Source: Eledone cirrhosa (Eukaryota). Taken from it: a stretch of 64,000 nt of DNA. A program made the translations under genes and the position numbers. A model generated the notes under the pieces. It had not been told where the DNA came from. It saw nothing but the letters and a program-made list of their open reading frames with translations, and made no database searches. Of the stretch, positions 14,780 to 30,184 are shown one piece after another (the stretch's first letter is position 1; every line of letters begins with the position of its first letter). The DNA lies in assembly GCA_964016885.1 (NCBI GenBank), contig OZ024752.1, forward strand, positions 24,676,001 to 24,740,000, in the 5' to 3' direction.

Positions 14780-15273
14780 TATAGCTCTTTAGTTCTTAGT
14801 CCAGATTGTTCCATCGGGAATATATGTCAACTAATTGTCTCCAATGATTTCAGATGGTGACAGCTTGTTGACATCCATGTCAGCTGATGTTGACTGTTTG
14901 TGGGTTATTTTGGAATGTGTTCCACCAGGTCATCTTCGGTCGACCTCTTTTCCACTTGTCTTCAAGGGGAATCCATGTCATCGTTGTTTCGGACAGGTGA
15001 TCTTCTGGGAGGTGCAGAATGTCACCTGCAAAATGGAACCAACATTCCATGATAACCTGCAGTGTATGTGACCCTGCTTTCCACAGGATCTCTCCAGCTG
15101 ACCTTTAGAATCCTATGCAGGCTCCTCTGATGGAAAGTTTTTAGATACCTATCAATCTTCACAATATGTTTCCATGTTTCCCAGTCATAGATGGCCACGG
15201 GAAGTACAATTCTAGTGTACAAACGCAGCTTGAAATACATGCTGAGGGCTCTGTTTGATCGAGTACATCCATT
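14780..15273 (-). pseudogene. RTE-like LINE 3' fragment (paralogue at about 43615-44190)
   Basis: LRLYTRIVLPVAIY..ETW..FHQRSLHRILKVSWRD. Confidence 0.75.
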
Positions 15274-15495
15274 CGATCGATGATCCAATCGATTGATTTT
15301 GATGTACATGTTAAATATACTCTGGGAGTTTATTTAACATTACCTATTGAGTACGCTGAGATGCAATCGTTCCTAGCAGTGATACCCTTGCTAGTTCGTG
15401 AAATTATTATCATTATTATATATATATGATATATATGATGATGATATATATTAATTCAAAATATTAACAAAAATAGACATTCGTGTGATCAAGTA

Positions 15496-15562
15496 TATTT
15501 TATTATAAATATTTCAGAGGTACTGAGCCATCTTCAACAGTACGTCCTCATCAGATAAAATA
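15496..15562 (-). ncRNA. Type I minimal hammerhead ribozyme
   Basis: Minus strand: TATTTTAT CTGATGA ggacGTACTG..CAGTACctct GAAA TATTTA TA ATAAAATA. This gives an 8-bp stem I, an intact core and an AUA cleavage triplet. Confidence 0.8.
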
Positions 15563-16157
15563 AGATGATGCATGACATACCCTGACTAAGTAGATGGTTA
15601 AAATTCAGTCATGGCAGTGAATAAAATATGACAAAACTCAATATTTATATACCTTAAGATTGAGACATGAAAAAATTACATATAATACAGAGTGTGCGTG
15701 TGAGAAAGCTTATAAAGATACATAATAATAAACAACCACTAATATAATAGAAACTTACATAACTGTTAGAGATTCAAATAATTTAAATTATTGAAGAAAG
15801 AAGAAGTGAAAGACAGAGAGAGAAACAGATGAGGAAAAAGAGAGTTACTAGAAGTATAGAAATATCTTATGCACGAAAGCAAAAGAAAATTGATTAATGA
15901 TAGAGAGACAAGGAAGAATAATTTTTATAGTATAAATCATAGGGAGGGAGATTTGTATTGTCATTGATAAATAGCGTATAATTAGATGATGCTAAAATAT
16001 ATATATAAATAAATATACATTTGGGCGTAGCTTTATGAATGAATAATTTCGAATCATTAAATTATCTAGAAATAATCAAAATATCAAATATATATGAGGG
16101 TTTATTTTCGAGTTCTTAAGTTAATTAGAAATAGACTATTAATCAATTATATATATC

Positions 16158-16312
16158 TGAGACTTGGACACTGACAAAGAAACTCACTCAGATGGTGGAT
16201 GGGTGCTACACGAGAATGCTGAGGATGGCTCTGAACATTAATCAGTATACACTGAGGATGAAAAACTCAGAGCTGTATGGGAGCATCCCAAAAGTCAGCA
16301 CAAAAGTGACAC
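16158..16312 (+). repeat. About 155-bp copy of an internal segment of the RTE fragment at 27465-27935
   Basis: Near-identical to about 27536-27692 ([26 protein letters not shown]..). Confidence 0.9.
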
Positions 16313-17467
<1,155 letters not shown>

Positions 17468-17468
17468 C

Positions 17469-17657
<189 letters not shown>

Positions 17658-17708
17658 CATATATATACATATGTACATATATATATATATATACATATAT
17701 ATAAATAC

Positions 17709-17830
<122 letters not shown>

Positions 17831-17880
17831 AATATTAAACAAATAATGAATAAACAATTCCTTATATTAAACAAAAAAAG

Positions 17881-18035
17881 TTCATTATTTAACGATCGTT
17901 TCTAGGGTATATATGTGTTATAATTGGTATGCATATTCAACAGATCTATGTACAAAATTATACAAAATTATACAAATTATCAAGATTAAATATACATACC
18001 TAACACATATATACGCCGTCTTCAGAAATAATGAA
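17881..18035 (-). ncRNA. Hammerhead ribozyme motif in the inverted pLTR
   Basis: Reverse complement of 20094-20248. Confidence 0.7.
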
Positions 18036-19078
18036 GTATATTTATTGATAATAACAACAATTCAAAATATCAGTTCAAAATTGACCAATGAAAACACAAA
18101 GGGTTAAAAGCAGTTCGGTGTGTGTATATACATGTAAAATCCTTACACATATTTTACAAAAATGTGTGTATAATTTGTATACGCATACTAAAAAGATGGA
18201 TGCAAACACAAAATTTCAAGGTTAATATCTCTGTAAGCTTAATGCGCTGATAAGATGCGCATTGATACTTATGGAGTCAAGCATATAAATATATTTTTTC
18301 ATACTCACACATATCAGTATAATCACACATACATGCGCGTATATGCATAAATATACACATAACCACGAACATACAAACACACACACTCCCCCACTCACAT
18401 TTATATATGTGGATATAAAATCATAAGCACATAGAAATTAAATCACTCACATAAAACACTGGCACACACATTTCAAGATCAAGATACAGAAATTAGGTGG
18501 GAGGGGGGGGAGGGGTCAGTATTCAATTGTCTGAGCAAACTGCCTAATATAAATGTATCTATAAATTAAGAAAAATAAAAAAATAAAACAATAAAATATA
18601 ATAACTATAATATAATATATATACACATACAGATATATAAACACACATACATACATATACGCACACATAGAGATATTTACGCATACACACATACACACAT
18701 ACATATACAGTCATACACACACATACACTTACACGAACATACACATACACATATAAAAAGATATATATATACACACACACACACGCGCAACACATACACA
18801 CATACACATATATATAAAAAAAATATGCCTTTTTATTATTATTTTTTATTATTATCTTTATTTGTATGTCTGAGTTTGGTGAGGTTGTATTGTTTTTTAT
18901 GTATATACACATTTATGGAAGCGTATGTATTTATATATATGAGTATAAGTAGGTGCATATGTATGTATGATTATATATCTAATTCTATGTATGAAGGTAC
19001 GTCTATATATATATATATATATACGTGTGTATGTAAGTTGTGTGTGTATGTATCTATATGTCTATGTGAGTGTATATA

Positions 19079-19115
<37 letters not shown>

Positions 19116-19208
19116 ATATCGATGTGCGTATATGTATGTACATGTATGTACATGTATGTGTGTATGTATGTGTATGTATATTTAGATGTATGTGTATGTA
19201 TATGTATA

Positions 19209-19261
<53 letters not shown>

Positions 19262-20093
19262 ATGTATATATATATGGATATATATCTTTATTATCTATTT
19301 TTTTTTTTTTTTTATATATATGTGTATGTGTGTATGTGTTGCGCGTGTGTGTGTGTGTATATATATATCTTTTTATATGTGTATGTGTATGTTCGTGTAA
19401 GTGTATGTGTGTGTATGACTGTATATGTATGTGTGTATGTGTGTATGCGTAAATATCTCTATGTGTGCGTATATGTATGTATGTGTGTTTATATATCTGT
19501 ATGTGTATATATATTATATTATAGTTATTATATTTTATTGTTTTATTTTTTTATTTTTCTTAATTTATAGATACATTTATATTAGGCAGTTTGCTCAGAC
19601 AATTGAATACTGACCCCTCCCCCCCCTCCCACCTAATTTCTGTATCTTGATCTTGAAATGTGTGTGCCAGTGTTTTATGTGAGTGATTTAATTTCTATGT
19701 GCTTATGATTTTATATCCACATATATAAATGTGAGTGGGGGAGTGTGTGTGTTTGTATGTTCGTGGTTATGTGTATATTTATGCATATACGCGCATGTAT
19801 GTGTGATTATACTGATATGTGTGAGTATGAAAAAATATATTTATATGCTTGACTCCATAAGTATCAATGCGCATCTTATCAGCGCATTAAGCTTACAGAG
19901 ATATTAACCTTGAAATTTTGTGTTTGCATCCATCTTTTTAGTATGCGTATACAAATTATACACACATTTTTGTAAAATATGTGTAAGGATTTTACATGTA
20001 TATACACACACCGAACTGCTTTTAACCCTTTGTGTTTTCATTGGTCAATTTTGAACTGATATTTTGAATTGTTGTTATTATCAATAAATATAC

Positions 20094-20248
20094 TTCATTA
20101 TTTCTGAAGACGGCGTATATATGTGTTAGGTATGTATATTTAATCTTGATAATTTGTATAATTTTGTATAATTTTGTACATAGATCTGTTGAATATGCAT
20201 ACCAATTATAACACATATATACCCTAGAAACGATCGTTAAATAATGAA
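20094..20248 (+). ncRNA. Type I hammerhead ribozyme with extended stem II, in the 5' pLTR
   Basis: TTCATTATTT CTGAAGA [about 116 nt including the GTATATATGTGTTA/TAACACATATATAC helix] GAAA CGATCG TT AAATAATGAA. It has a 10-bp stem I, a palindromic stem III and a GUU site. Confidence 0.72.
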
Positions 20249-20591
20249 CTTTTTTTGTTTAATATAAGGAATTGTTTATTCATTATTTGTTTAATATTTT
20301 ATCTTGACTCTGTATACCGTTTATCTTTCACCGAAAGTGGATTTTCATTACATCTCTTCTTTCCATGATATCCGGAATACATTGAGTTCTTCATACGGAT
20401 TGGACACTACCGTAAACTCTTGGTAGATTTATCTACATAATTTTGCTCCTATTTTCACGGAAATATTCGTATTTTTGTACTGTATGTGTGTATTAATTTT
20501 ATATTTATGTATAAACATATATATATGTATGATTTTGTAAACCCATATACATTTAGTTGAGCTCTTTCAATTGTCCATCATCCATATCACA

Positions 20592-23033
20592 ATGGAAAAA
20601 CAATATTTAGGAACCTCCTTAAAAAACATACCAATACCTTCTAAGGACGACTTCTTACTCCTTATGATTCAGAAAACTAATAATTTTATCAGAAGGGTTA
20701 GATGGAGAGCCTACCACTTCGATAGGAAATCTAAACAAGCAGATCGGAAATATGTGTATGATTTCAATACTTACAAGAATCCACCACACAACTTTTTACT
20801 TGAAGACTTCGAGAAAGACCTTTTTAATTTAATTAAACACCTCAAATTTAAAAAGTATAAATCCGTCTTTCAAAAGGACCTTGATTCTACCCTATTGGAC
20901 CTAAAAAAGTCTAAAAAAATCCATGTCCACTCGGACAAAACTGGTAACTTGTATCATATGGATATTGAACATTATAATGAGTTCATATATAAAGAACTCA
21001 GAAAAAATTATAAAAAATCTAATAATGTGTCACTCACCAATATCAACAACAAAACACATAACATAGTAAAAAAACTAAACATTGAAGATAGAACTGAACC
21101 TTTGGCATTGAAAAGACCACACTTCAACCTGAAAGATCACAAATCTAACTTTAACTCTAATCCTTCTATTAGACTTATATGTCCCTCCAAATCAGATATT
21201 GGAATAATTAGCAAAAAAATTTTAGATAGAGTCATCCCACAAATAAGAAAACACGTTATTTTACCACTCTGGGAAAACACCTCCCAGGTAATTAACTGGT
21301 TTAAAAATATTAGGTGTAAATCTTCTGCTTCTTTCCTACAATTTGATATAGATAATTACTATTCTTCTATATCACCTATACTCCTGAACAAAGCATTAAT
21401 ATTTGCTAAAAATAGATCTAATTTAACTTCGGATGACATTAACATTATTACACATGCTAGACTAACACTTATTGAATTTCAGAATGAATACTGGACCAGA
21501 AACACATACAGTAATCTTTTTGATATTACTATGGGTTCAAGCGATTCCGCCCAAATTACTGATCTTGTGGGCCTCTTTCTCCTTTTCAACATAAATGCCT
21601 CTTTTCCCCACCTCAAAGGTGGTTTATATCGTGATGACTGTCTTCTTCTTTCTAACAACCTTAGCCTTTCAGAAATCGAAAAAAACAAAAAACATATTAG
21701 AACTTTCCTTAAAGACTATTATAATCTTAATATTACTTTTGAAAAAACAAGTAAAGTAGTAAATTTCCTAGATATAACTTTAGATTTAGCTACGGGTATA
21801 TACCAACCTTACCATAAACCTAACCAAAACTTACATTACATACACTCACAATCTAATCACCCTAAATCTATCCTTAAAAACCTTGCATATAATATATCAC
21901 TTAGAATTTCTAACCTTTCTTCTAACCAAGATGTATTTGATAAAAATGCGACCTTTTATAATGAAGCTCTAGATAGAAGTGGCCACAAAAATAGATTAGA
22001 GTATATACCTTCTACTAAAAATACTGAAAGCATACAGCATAATATTACCAACAAACACCAAATGAAAAGTACACACCTAAATGCCACCCACAATATACCC
22101 CAAAATACTAAATCTTCTAATATAAAGTATAGTAACCCTCAAAAAACTACTCATCATACAACTATAATAAATATTAATAATAAAACTCCTAATAAAAAAG
22201 ATAAAACACCTAAATCTACAAATATAACTAAAAATAGTTGTGGTGAGATCATTAACATTAATCCTCCTAGTAAAAATCATGATACAACCTATAAAAATAA
22301 TAAAAATAATAAACAACATAGAAACCGTAATAGACGAGTTACTTGGTATAATGCTCCTTTTAATTTACAAGTTAAGGATAATATTGCTAAAAAATTTTTT
22401 TATATCCTTGAGAAAAACTTCCCGCCAAACCACAAATACCATCAAATCTTAAATAGGTCTACAGTTAAATTCTCATACTCTACAACAAATAACATAAAAC
22501 AAAATATAAGTGCATATAATGCATATAAATGTAAGAAAACCATAAGTATACCACCAGTACATCAAATTAACAATAATATCTCCTCAAATACAGAATTAAC
22601 GAAAGGATGTAACTGTAGAAACAAAACAAACTGCCCATTAAAAGGGAATTGTCTTGTTAACAACATAGTCTATAAATGTAATGTTAAAACTAAAGATTCT
22701 ATTTGCTCATATATAGGAGCTACCTCTAACAATTTTAAGACAAGGTTTAATACCCACAAGCATAGTTTTAAAAATGCCGCACTGGCTAATACAACATCTC
22801 TAGCAGAAAAAATCAATAGTTATAAAAATAAGAATATAAAATATGATTTGACCTGGAGTGTGCTCAAAAGAGCCACCCCTTATCAAAATAATAGAAAGGA
22901 ATGTAGATTATGTTCCCAAGAACTATTTGAAATAATGAAGTCTAAGGATATCTTATTAAATAAACGACAGGAATTAATTATATCGTGTAATCATAAACTA
23001 AAAAAAACATTTAAATATTATAAACCTAATTAA
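20592..23033 (+). CDS. Penelope-like RT plus C-terminal GIY-YIG endonuclease polyprotein, intact (about 813 aa from the first ATG)
   Basis: SDKTGN, IRLICP, QFDIDNYYSSI, ITMGS, LYRDD, VNFLDITL and YIHSQSNHP (PLE RT); an N/K/T-rich linker; CNCxxxxxC; IVYKC..SYIGAT..FKTRF..H (GIY-YIG); CRLC..E. Confidence 0.93.
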   Translation: MEKQYLGTSLKNIPIPSKDDFLLLMIQKTNNFIRRVRWRAYHFDRKSKQADRKYVYDFNTYKNPPHNFLLEDFEKDLFNLIKHLKFKKYKSVFQKDLDSTLLDLKKSKKIHVHSDKTGNLYHMDIEHYNEFIYKELRKNYKKSNNVSLTNINNKTHNIVKKLNIEDRTEPLALKRPHFNLKDHKSNFNSNPSIRLICPSKSDIGIISKKILDRVIPQIRKHVILPLWENTSQVINWFKNIRCKSSASFLQFDIDNYYSSISPILLNKALIFAKNRSNLTSDDINIITHARLTLIEFQNEYWTRNTYSNLFDITMGSSDSAQITDLVGLFLLFNINASFPHLKGGLYRDDCLLLSNNLSLSEIEKNKKHIRTFLKDYYNLNITFEKTSKVVNFLDITLDLATGIYQPYHKPNQNLHYIHSQSNHPKSILKNLAYNISLRISNLSSNQDVFDKNATFYNEALDRSGHKNRLEYIPSTKNTESIQHNITNKHQMKSTHLNATHNIPQNTKSSNIKYSNPQKTTHHTTIININNKTPNKKDKTPKSTNITKNSCGEIININPPSKNHDTTYKNNKNNKQHRNRNRRVTWYNAPFNLQVKDNIAKKFFYILEKNFPPNHKYHQILNRSTVKFSYSTTNNIKQNISAYNAYKCKKTISIPPVHQINNNISSNTELTKGCNCRNKTNCPLKGNCLVNNIVYKCNVKTKDSICSYIGATSNNFKTRFNTHKHSFKNAALANTTSLAEKINSYKNKNIKYDLTWSVLKRATPYQNNRKECRLCSQELFEIMKSKDILLNKRQELIISCNHKLKKTFKYYKPN

Positions 23034-23562
23034 TAACATTATTCTAGAAATTAATTTAATTTAAATGTTAGTTAACCTATAAATTTAATTTAATTAATAT
23101 TTTATTACAGATGAGAAAATATTATGTAATCATAAATTGTGAAAAACCTTTAAATATTACTAATATATACTTAGTAATTTAATTTATAGATTAATTTTAA
23201 TTTATTTAAACCTTTTATTATAATTCTTTTACAGATAAAATATAGCAAAATAATATCATGTTTCCAATGACGGAGAAATAATTTTTAGTATTATAGACAT
23301 AATTAATATACATTTTGGAAATATATTTATTATTTGGTTTTAGTTTTAATCAACCTAAAAATTTTAATTTTAATTTGCTTAAAATTAGTATCCTTATACA
23401 GACGAATTGCAGAATGTCATGTAATCATAGAATGGGATGTGTTTTGGATATATACCTAGTTAATATATTCTGTGCAATTTTTTGAAAAAGATATGTATAT
23501 GTATATGTGTATGTATATGTGTGTGTTGTGTATGTGTATCTGTGTGTATGTATATATGTGTA

Positions 23563-23615
<53 letters not shown>

Positions 23616-25105
23616 ATATGTATGTATATGTGTATGTGTATGTATATGTATATGTATGCGTATTAATTTTGATTTCTATTTGCATATAATTATATTATGC
23701 TATTGATGAAATACAATATCTGCTTTATGTATTGTATACCTAATTAACATATACTAATTAACGTATACTATTGAAATAAATATATAATTTTTAATTTAGT
23801 TAACATATAATTTATATGCTACTACCGATGTAATACTTTATTTTATTTTTATTTGGGTTTCTTTTCCCTATTACTAAATTCATCTCCTAATATTGATACC
23901 ATAACGTTATTAACTTTAATTTAGTTATACTGTAATTAATAATCTACTACTGTTTGACTTCAAAATTCTGCTTCAAATATTATAAACCTAACTAATTTAC
24001 ACCTTAGAAATCAATATGTTGACTATCTTTGGTTTAGTTAACATATGATTAATGGTATACTTATTTATTTTGAGATGCATAGATTTCGTATTTCCTAGCA
24101 CTGAAAATATGTAAGAACATACATTGAATTAAGATACGGAAAATATTATATGTTTCTTGAAACATATATTTACTTTGATCCCCTTCTCCAAACCCCCCCT
24201 TTCCCCCATACTATTATCATCTGTATTTGTAAGCGTCTATGTATGAATATATATGTAGGTAGGTGTCTATATAGGTTTGGGTATTTATATCTAAATATAA
24301 AAATACATATATGAGCATGCAAATATGAATGTAAGATTGTGTGTGTATATATGATTGTACATACATATGTATGTATATATATGTATATATATGCATTATA
24401 TATATGTGTGTATGTGAATGTGTTGTATGTATATGTGTATGTATGTGTATATATGTGTATGTATGTGTATGCTTGTATATATATGAATATATATATGTGT
24501 ATATATGTATGTATATGTATATGCGTGTATGTATGTATGTGTATGTGTGTTGTGTATATATATGTATGTCTCTCTATTTATATGTTTATCTTCGTATCTA
24601 TGTGATATATGTGTGTGTGTGTGCACGTATGCATATGTATGTGTTTGTGTGTGTTTGTATGTGTGTGTGTATATATGTGTATGTGCGCACACACACATAC
24701 ACATATATATATATATATATGTGAGTGTGTATGTGTGTCTGTGTGTGTGTGTGTGTGTGTATGTGTGTATATATATATATATATATATGTGTATATATAT
24801 ATATAGATATATATATATATATATATATATAGGTGTCTATGTGTGAATATATGTCTTTATTCGTATGTGTGTATTTATGTATGTATATATTTATGTGTAT
24901 GTATGTATGTGTATGTATGTATGTATATATATATATATATATATATGTATATGTATATATATATATGTATATTATTCTTTATTATTATAATATAACTTAT
25001 GTGTATATGTGTATAAGTGAGGTTGTGTATGTATATATAATATGTGTATATATAAGAGTAATAAAATATATATATATATATATATATGTGCATGTCTGTT
25101 TTTTA

Positions 25106-25146
<41 letters not shown>

Positions 25147-25251
25147 GTATATATGTGTACGTGTGTGTATATGGATATGTATATATATATATATACATGT
25201 GGGTGTTTGTATGTGTTTTTATGGTGGTATGTGTGTGTGGATATATATGTT

Positions 25252-25287
<36 letters not shown>

Positions 25288-25293
25288 AGTCTA

Positions 25294-25344
<51 letters not shown>

Positions 25345-25690
25345 ATGTGTGTGTGTGTATGTATATATATATATGTGTATGTGTGTGTGTATATATATAT
25401 ATATCTCTATTAATGCGTGTGTGTATGTATATACATATGCCTTTTTATTATTATTTTTTATTATTATCTTTATTTGTATGTCTGAGTTTGGTGAGGTTGT
25501 ATTGTTTTTTATGTATATACACATTTATGGAAGCGTATGTATTTATATATATGAGTATAAGTAGGTGCATATGTATGTATGATTATATATCTAATTCTAT
25601 GTATGAAGGTACGTCTATATATATATATATATATACGTGTGTATGTAAGTTGTGTGTGTATGTATCTATATGTCTATGTGAGTGTATATA

Positions 25691-25727
<37 letters not shown>

Positions 25728-25820
25728 ATATCGATGTGCGTATATGTATGTACATGTATGTACATGTATGTGTGTATGTATGTGTATGTATATTTAGATG
25801 TATGTGTATGTATATGTATA

Positions 25821-25871
<51 letters not shown>

Positions 25872-26706
25872 ATGTATATATATATGGATATATATCTTTA
25901 TTATCTATTTTTTTTTTTTTTTTTTTATATATATGTGTATGTGTGTATGCGTTGCGCGTGTGTGTGTGTGTATATATATATCTTTTTATATGTGTATGTG
26001 TATGTTCGTGTAAGTGTATGTGTGTGTATGACTGTATATGTATGTGTGTATGTGTGTATGCGTAAATATCTCTATGTGTGCGTATATGTATGTATGTGTG
26101 TTTATATATCTGTATGTGTATATATATTATATTATAGTTATTATATTTTATTGTTTTATTTTTTTATTTTTCTTAATTTATAGATACATTTATATTAGGC
26201 AGTTTGCTCAGACAATTGAATACTGACCCCTCCCCCCCCTCCCACCTAATTTCTGTATCTTGATCTTGAAATGTGTGTGCCAGTGTTTTATGTGAGTGAT
26301 TTAATTTCTATGTGCTTATGATTTTATATCCACATATATAAATGTGAGTGGGGGAGTGTGTGTGTTTGTATGTTCGTGGTTATGTGTATATTTATGCATA
26401 TACGCGCATGTATGTGTGATTATACTGATATGTGTGAGTATGAAAAAATATATTTATATGCTTGACTCCATAAGTATCAATGCGCATCTTATCAGCGCAT
26501 TAAGCTTACAGAGATATTAACCTTGAAATTTTGTGTTTGCATCCATCTTTTTAGTATGCGTATACAAATTATACACACATTTTTGTAAAATATGTGTAAG
26601 GATTTTACATGTATATACACACACCGAACTGCTTTTAACCCTTTGTGTTTTCATTGGTCAATTTTGAACTGATATTTTGAATTGTTGTTATTATCAATAA
26701 ATATAC

Positions 26707-26861
26707 TTCATTATTTCTGAAGACGGCGTATATATGTGTTAGGTATGTATATTTAATCTTGATAATTTGTATAATTTTGTATAATTTTGTACATAGATCT
26801 GTTGAATATGCATACCAATTATAACACATATATACCCTAGAAACGATCGTTAAATAATGAA
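26707..26861 (+). ncRNA. Hammerhead ribozyme motif in the 3' pLTR
   Basis: Same sequence as 20094-20248, offset by 6613 bp. Confidence 0.72.
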
Positions 26862-27057
26862 CTTTTTTTGTTTAATATAAGGAATTGTTTATTCATTATT
26901 TGTTTAATATTTTATCTTGACTCTGTATACCGTTTATCTTTCACCGAAAGTGGATTTTCATTACATCTCTTCTTTCCATGATATCCGGAATACATTGAGT
27001 TCTTCATACGGATTGGACACTACCGTAAACTCTTGGTAGATTTATCTACATATATAC

Positions 27058-27128
<71 letters not shown>

Positions 27129-27129
27129 C

Positions 27130-27459
<330 letters not shown>

Positions 27460-27464
27460 TATAT

Positions 27465-27938
27465 GTAGAGACCTGCGTAGAGACCTGAAAATCCGCCTCT
27501 TCGTTGCTGTAGTGGAGTCTGTGCTGCTGTATGGGTCTGAGACTTGGACACTGACCAAGAGACTCACTCAGATGGTGGATGGGTGCTACACGAGAATGCT
27601 GAGGATGGCTCTGAACATTAATCAGTATACACTGAGGATGAAAAACTCAGAGCTGTATGGGAGCATCCCAAAAGTCAGCTCAAAAGTGACACAGAGGAGA
27701 CTGAGGTTGGCTGGACATGCTCACCGACATCCAGAGTTGACACTGCACTCAGTGCTCCTTTGGGAGCCCCTACATGGACACACTAGAAGAGGAAGACCAA
27801 GGTTAACATATGTTGATGCCCTAAGGACAGACACTGGTCTGTTGGAGATGCAGGATATGGCAGCGATAATGAGGGACAGAGACCGCTGGAGAGAACTCGT
27901 CCATGGATCTCGGGAATTTTACCCGCCTTAGATAGATA
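27465..27938 (+). mobile_element. 5'-truncated RTE-like LINE 3' end with an open reading frame and a short (TAGA) tail
   Basis: [35 protein letters not shown], with the stop codon running into TAGATAGATA. Confidence 0.85.
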
Positions 27939-28029
27939 TATCCAAACGTATCCGGATGACCGTTAAATTTAGAATTATTTATGTTAGTTCAAAATAGTGA
28001 ATATTTCAGGCTATAAAATTTATAAATAT

Positions 28030-29985
28030 TTATATTATAGTATAATATCATATTTAAAGTATTTGCAAACACGAGAAAGAAGAGACTTAATATTTTCTTC
28101 ATCTAGAAGGTAATCCATATTAAATTATATTAAAATATTTTATATTAAAGAGATTTTATATTAAAAAATAATCATTATATAATTTAGAAAGTAATTACAA
28201 TTATAACTTTAAAAATTAAAAATTAACAATTAGAATGCCTTAAAGAAGCCAAAGGCCTTATAATTATACTTAAAAGGGATATTATTAAACTAGATATACG
28301 CATTTGTCTAAGTTTATACAAAGAGTATATTGTTTAAAGTTTAAGACGATATTAGTCAGTTATATATAATACAATAAATAAATTACTGTTAATAGTGTTA
28401 AAAGTAAGGTTTTACGTCATTTATTATATTAGGATCATGTAATACATATCTATATATATAAAACTGTGGTTGTCTGTCTGTCTATCGATTTTTGGCACAC
28501 ATCTCCTCTTAGAATCTCTCACGGAATTGCACCGAAATTGCTATACTTGTACATTGAGCCCTAGCGAAGACATCGGGAAAAAAATATTTCAAATTGACCC
28601 GCCCTATCTGACGAAATCGAATATAATGTATCGATTTTTGAGCGTAAGTGATCAGTTATTTCCCTTTGTTCTGTTTACATTGAGCGTCTTACGTAAAAAA
28701 TTACGCTGGCTTTACGAACAGTTGTCGAGCTAGCAAAATATTGACCTGCAAAATTCATCAGTTCGAACACTAAGCTTCCGTTTTGCTTCATTTCCATTTA
28801 AAAGCATTTTAAAACAATATTTTTACTTGAAAACAAGTCTATTTAAAGACTACGTAAAACAAGCAAATATTTCGTCGTTAGGCGTGCAGACAGACAGTCG
28901 TGCAGAGAGGTGATATAGGCGTGCAGACAGATAGTCGTGCAGAGAGGTGATATAGGCGTGCAGACAGACAGTCGTGCAGAGAGGTGATATAGGCGTGCAG
29001 ACAGACATAACTGATAATTTGGTTACGCTAATGTTTTTCTCTGCGTTGCAGTGTTTACATTTTCGATCTTTGTTAATAAATAACCAGTGCAGTTTCTATC
29101 CCCAGCATCCTCTTTTGTTATAACATTCGGGTTATCGTTATGTTTTCTTAACTTCATAAGGCATATTGTTGGTTGAGGGAATATTAATCAAAAACACCAC
29201 ATGCAAGTCTGCACAGTAGACACTACAGTTTTTAAGCCAAGAAAGAAACTTAACATTGTAACTTTAACACAGCTACTGAGGGACCCCGATCAACGCCGGG
29301 CTTTACTGCTAGTATACTATAAATATACAAATCAAACTTCATGAATCATAAAAGATAAGACACAGATTCAAAATAAATAAATGAATGGTTTGCGATCCTA
29401 TAAGTGTCAAATATCTAAGCTATATAATTTTAAAATACAAGAAAAGTTTTAAGGATCTATATTATAGTATAATATCATATTTAAAGTGTCTGCAAACATG
29501 AGAAAGAAAAGACTTAAGATTTACATAAACCCGAAGGTAATACAAATTTAATTATATTAAAAAAAAATTAAAAATCATTATATAATTTAGAAAATATTTA
29601 ATAATTATAACACTAGAATGTCCTTAAGTATCTAAGGCACTTATAAATGTACCTAGAAGGATGTTATTAAACTAGATACACACATTTGTCTAAATACATA
29701 CAGAGTATTCTGTTTAAAGCTTAAGACGATATTAGGGATTTATATACATATAATAAATAATAAAAACAATTACTGTTAATAATATTATAATTGAAGTTTT
29801 ACATCAAGTTAAGTGGAAAAAGTTTGTCGACTAGGATCGTGTCCGACACATATACCATAAATATATAAATCAAACATCTTGAATCTTAAAACAACATATT
29901 CAAAATAAAAAATGACTGGTTTACGATTCCTTATAATTGTTAACCATATAAGCTATATATTTTTAAAAATACAATAAACCTCGAA
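28030..29985. repeat. Diverged AT-rich tandem duplication (about 560-bp unit), first unit interrupted by a Helitron
   Basis: TATATTATAGTATAATATCATATTTAAAG occurs at about 28030 and about 29457. The two units are colinear once 28449-29312 is removed. Confidence 0.8.
28449..29312 (+). mobile_element. Non-autonomous Helitron, copy 1
   Basis: 5' TC, a subterminal CCCG..CGGG hairpin and 3' CTAG, inserted between A and T with no TSD. It has internal 37-bp repeats, and the empty site is visible near 29850. Confidence 0.88.
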
Positions 29986-30184
29986 AAAATTAAATGTATT
30001 TACACAATCAAATGATATGCATATTCATCAAGAGATCATGTTAACAGTCTATATGTTTATATATTTATATAGAACCCTTAATCTAACATTAATCATATCG
30101 TAAATTAATAAAAATTATTATAAGGTTTTATAATCTGTGATACGCACTCAGTTGATAAGAAACGTCAAAAATTAAAACTTATTT

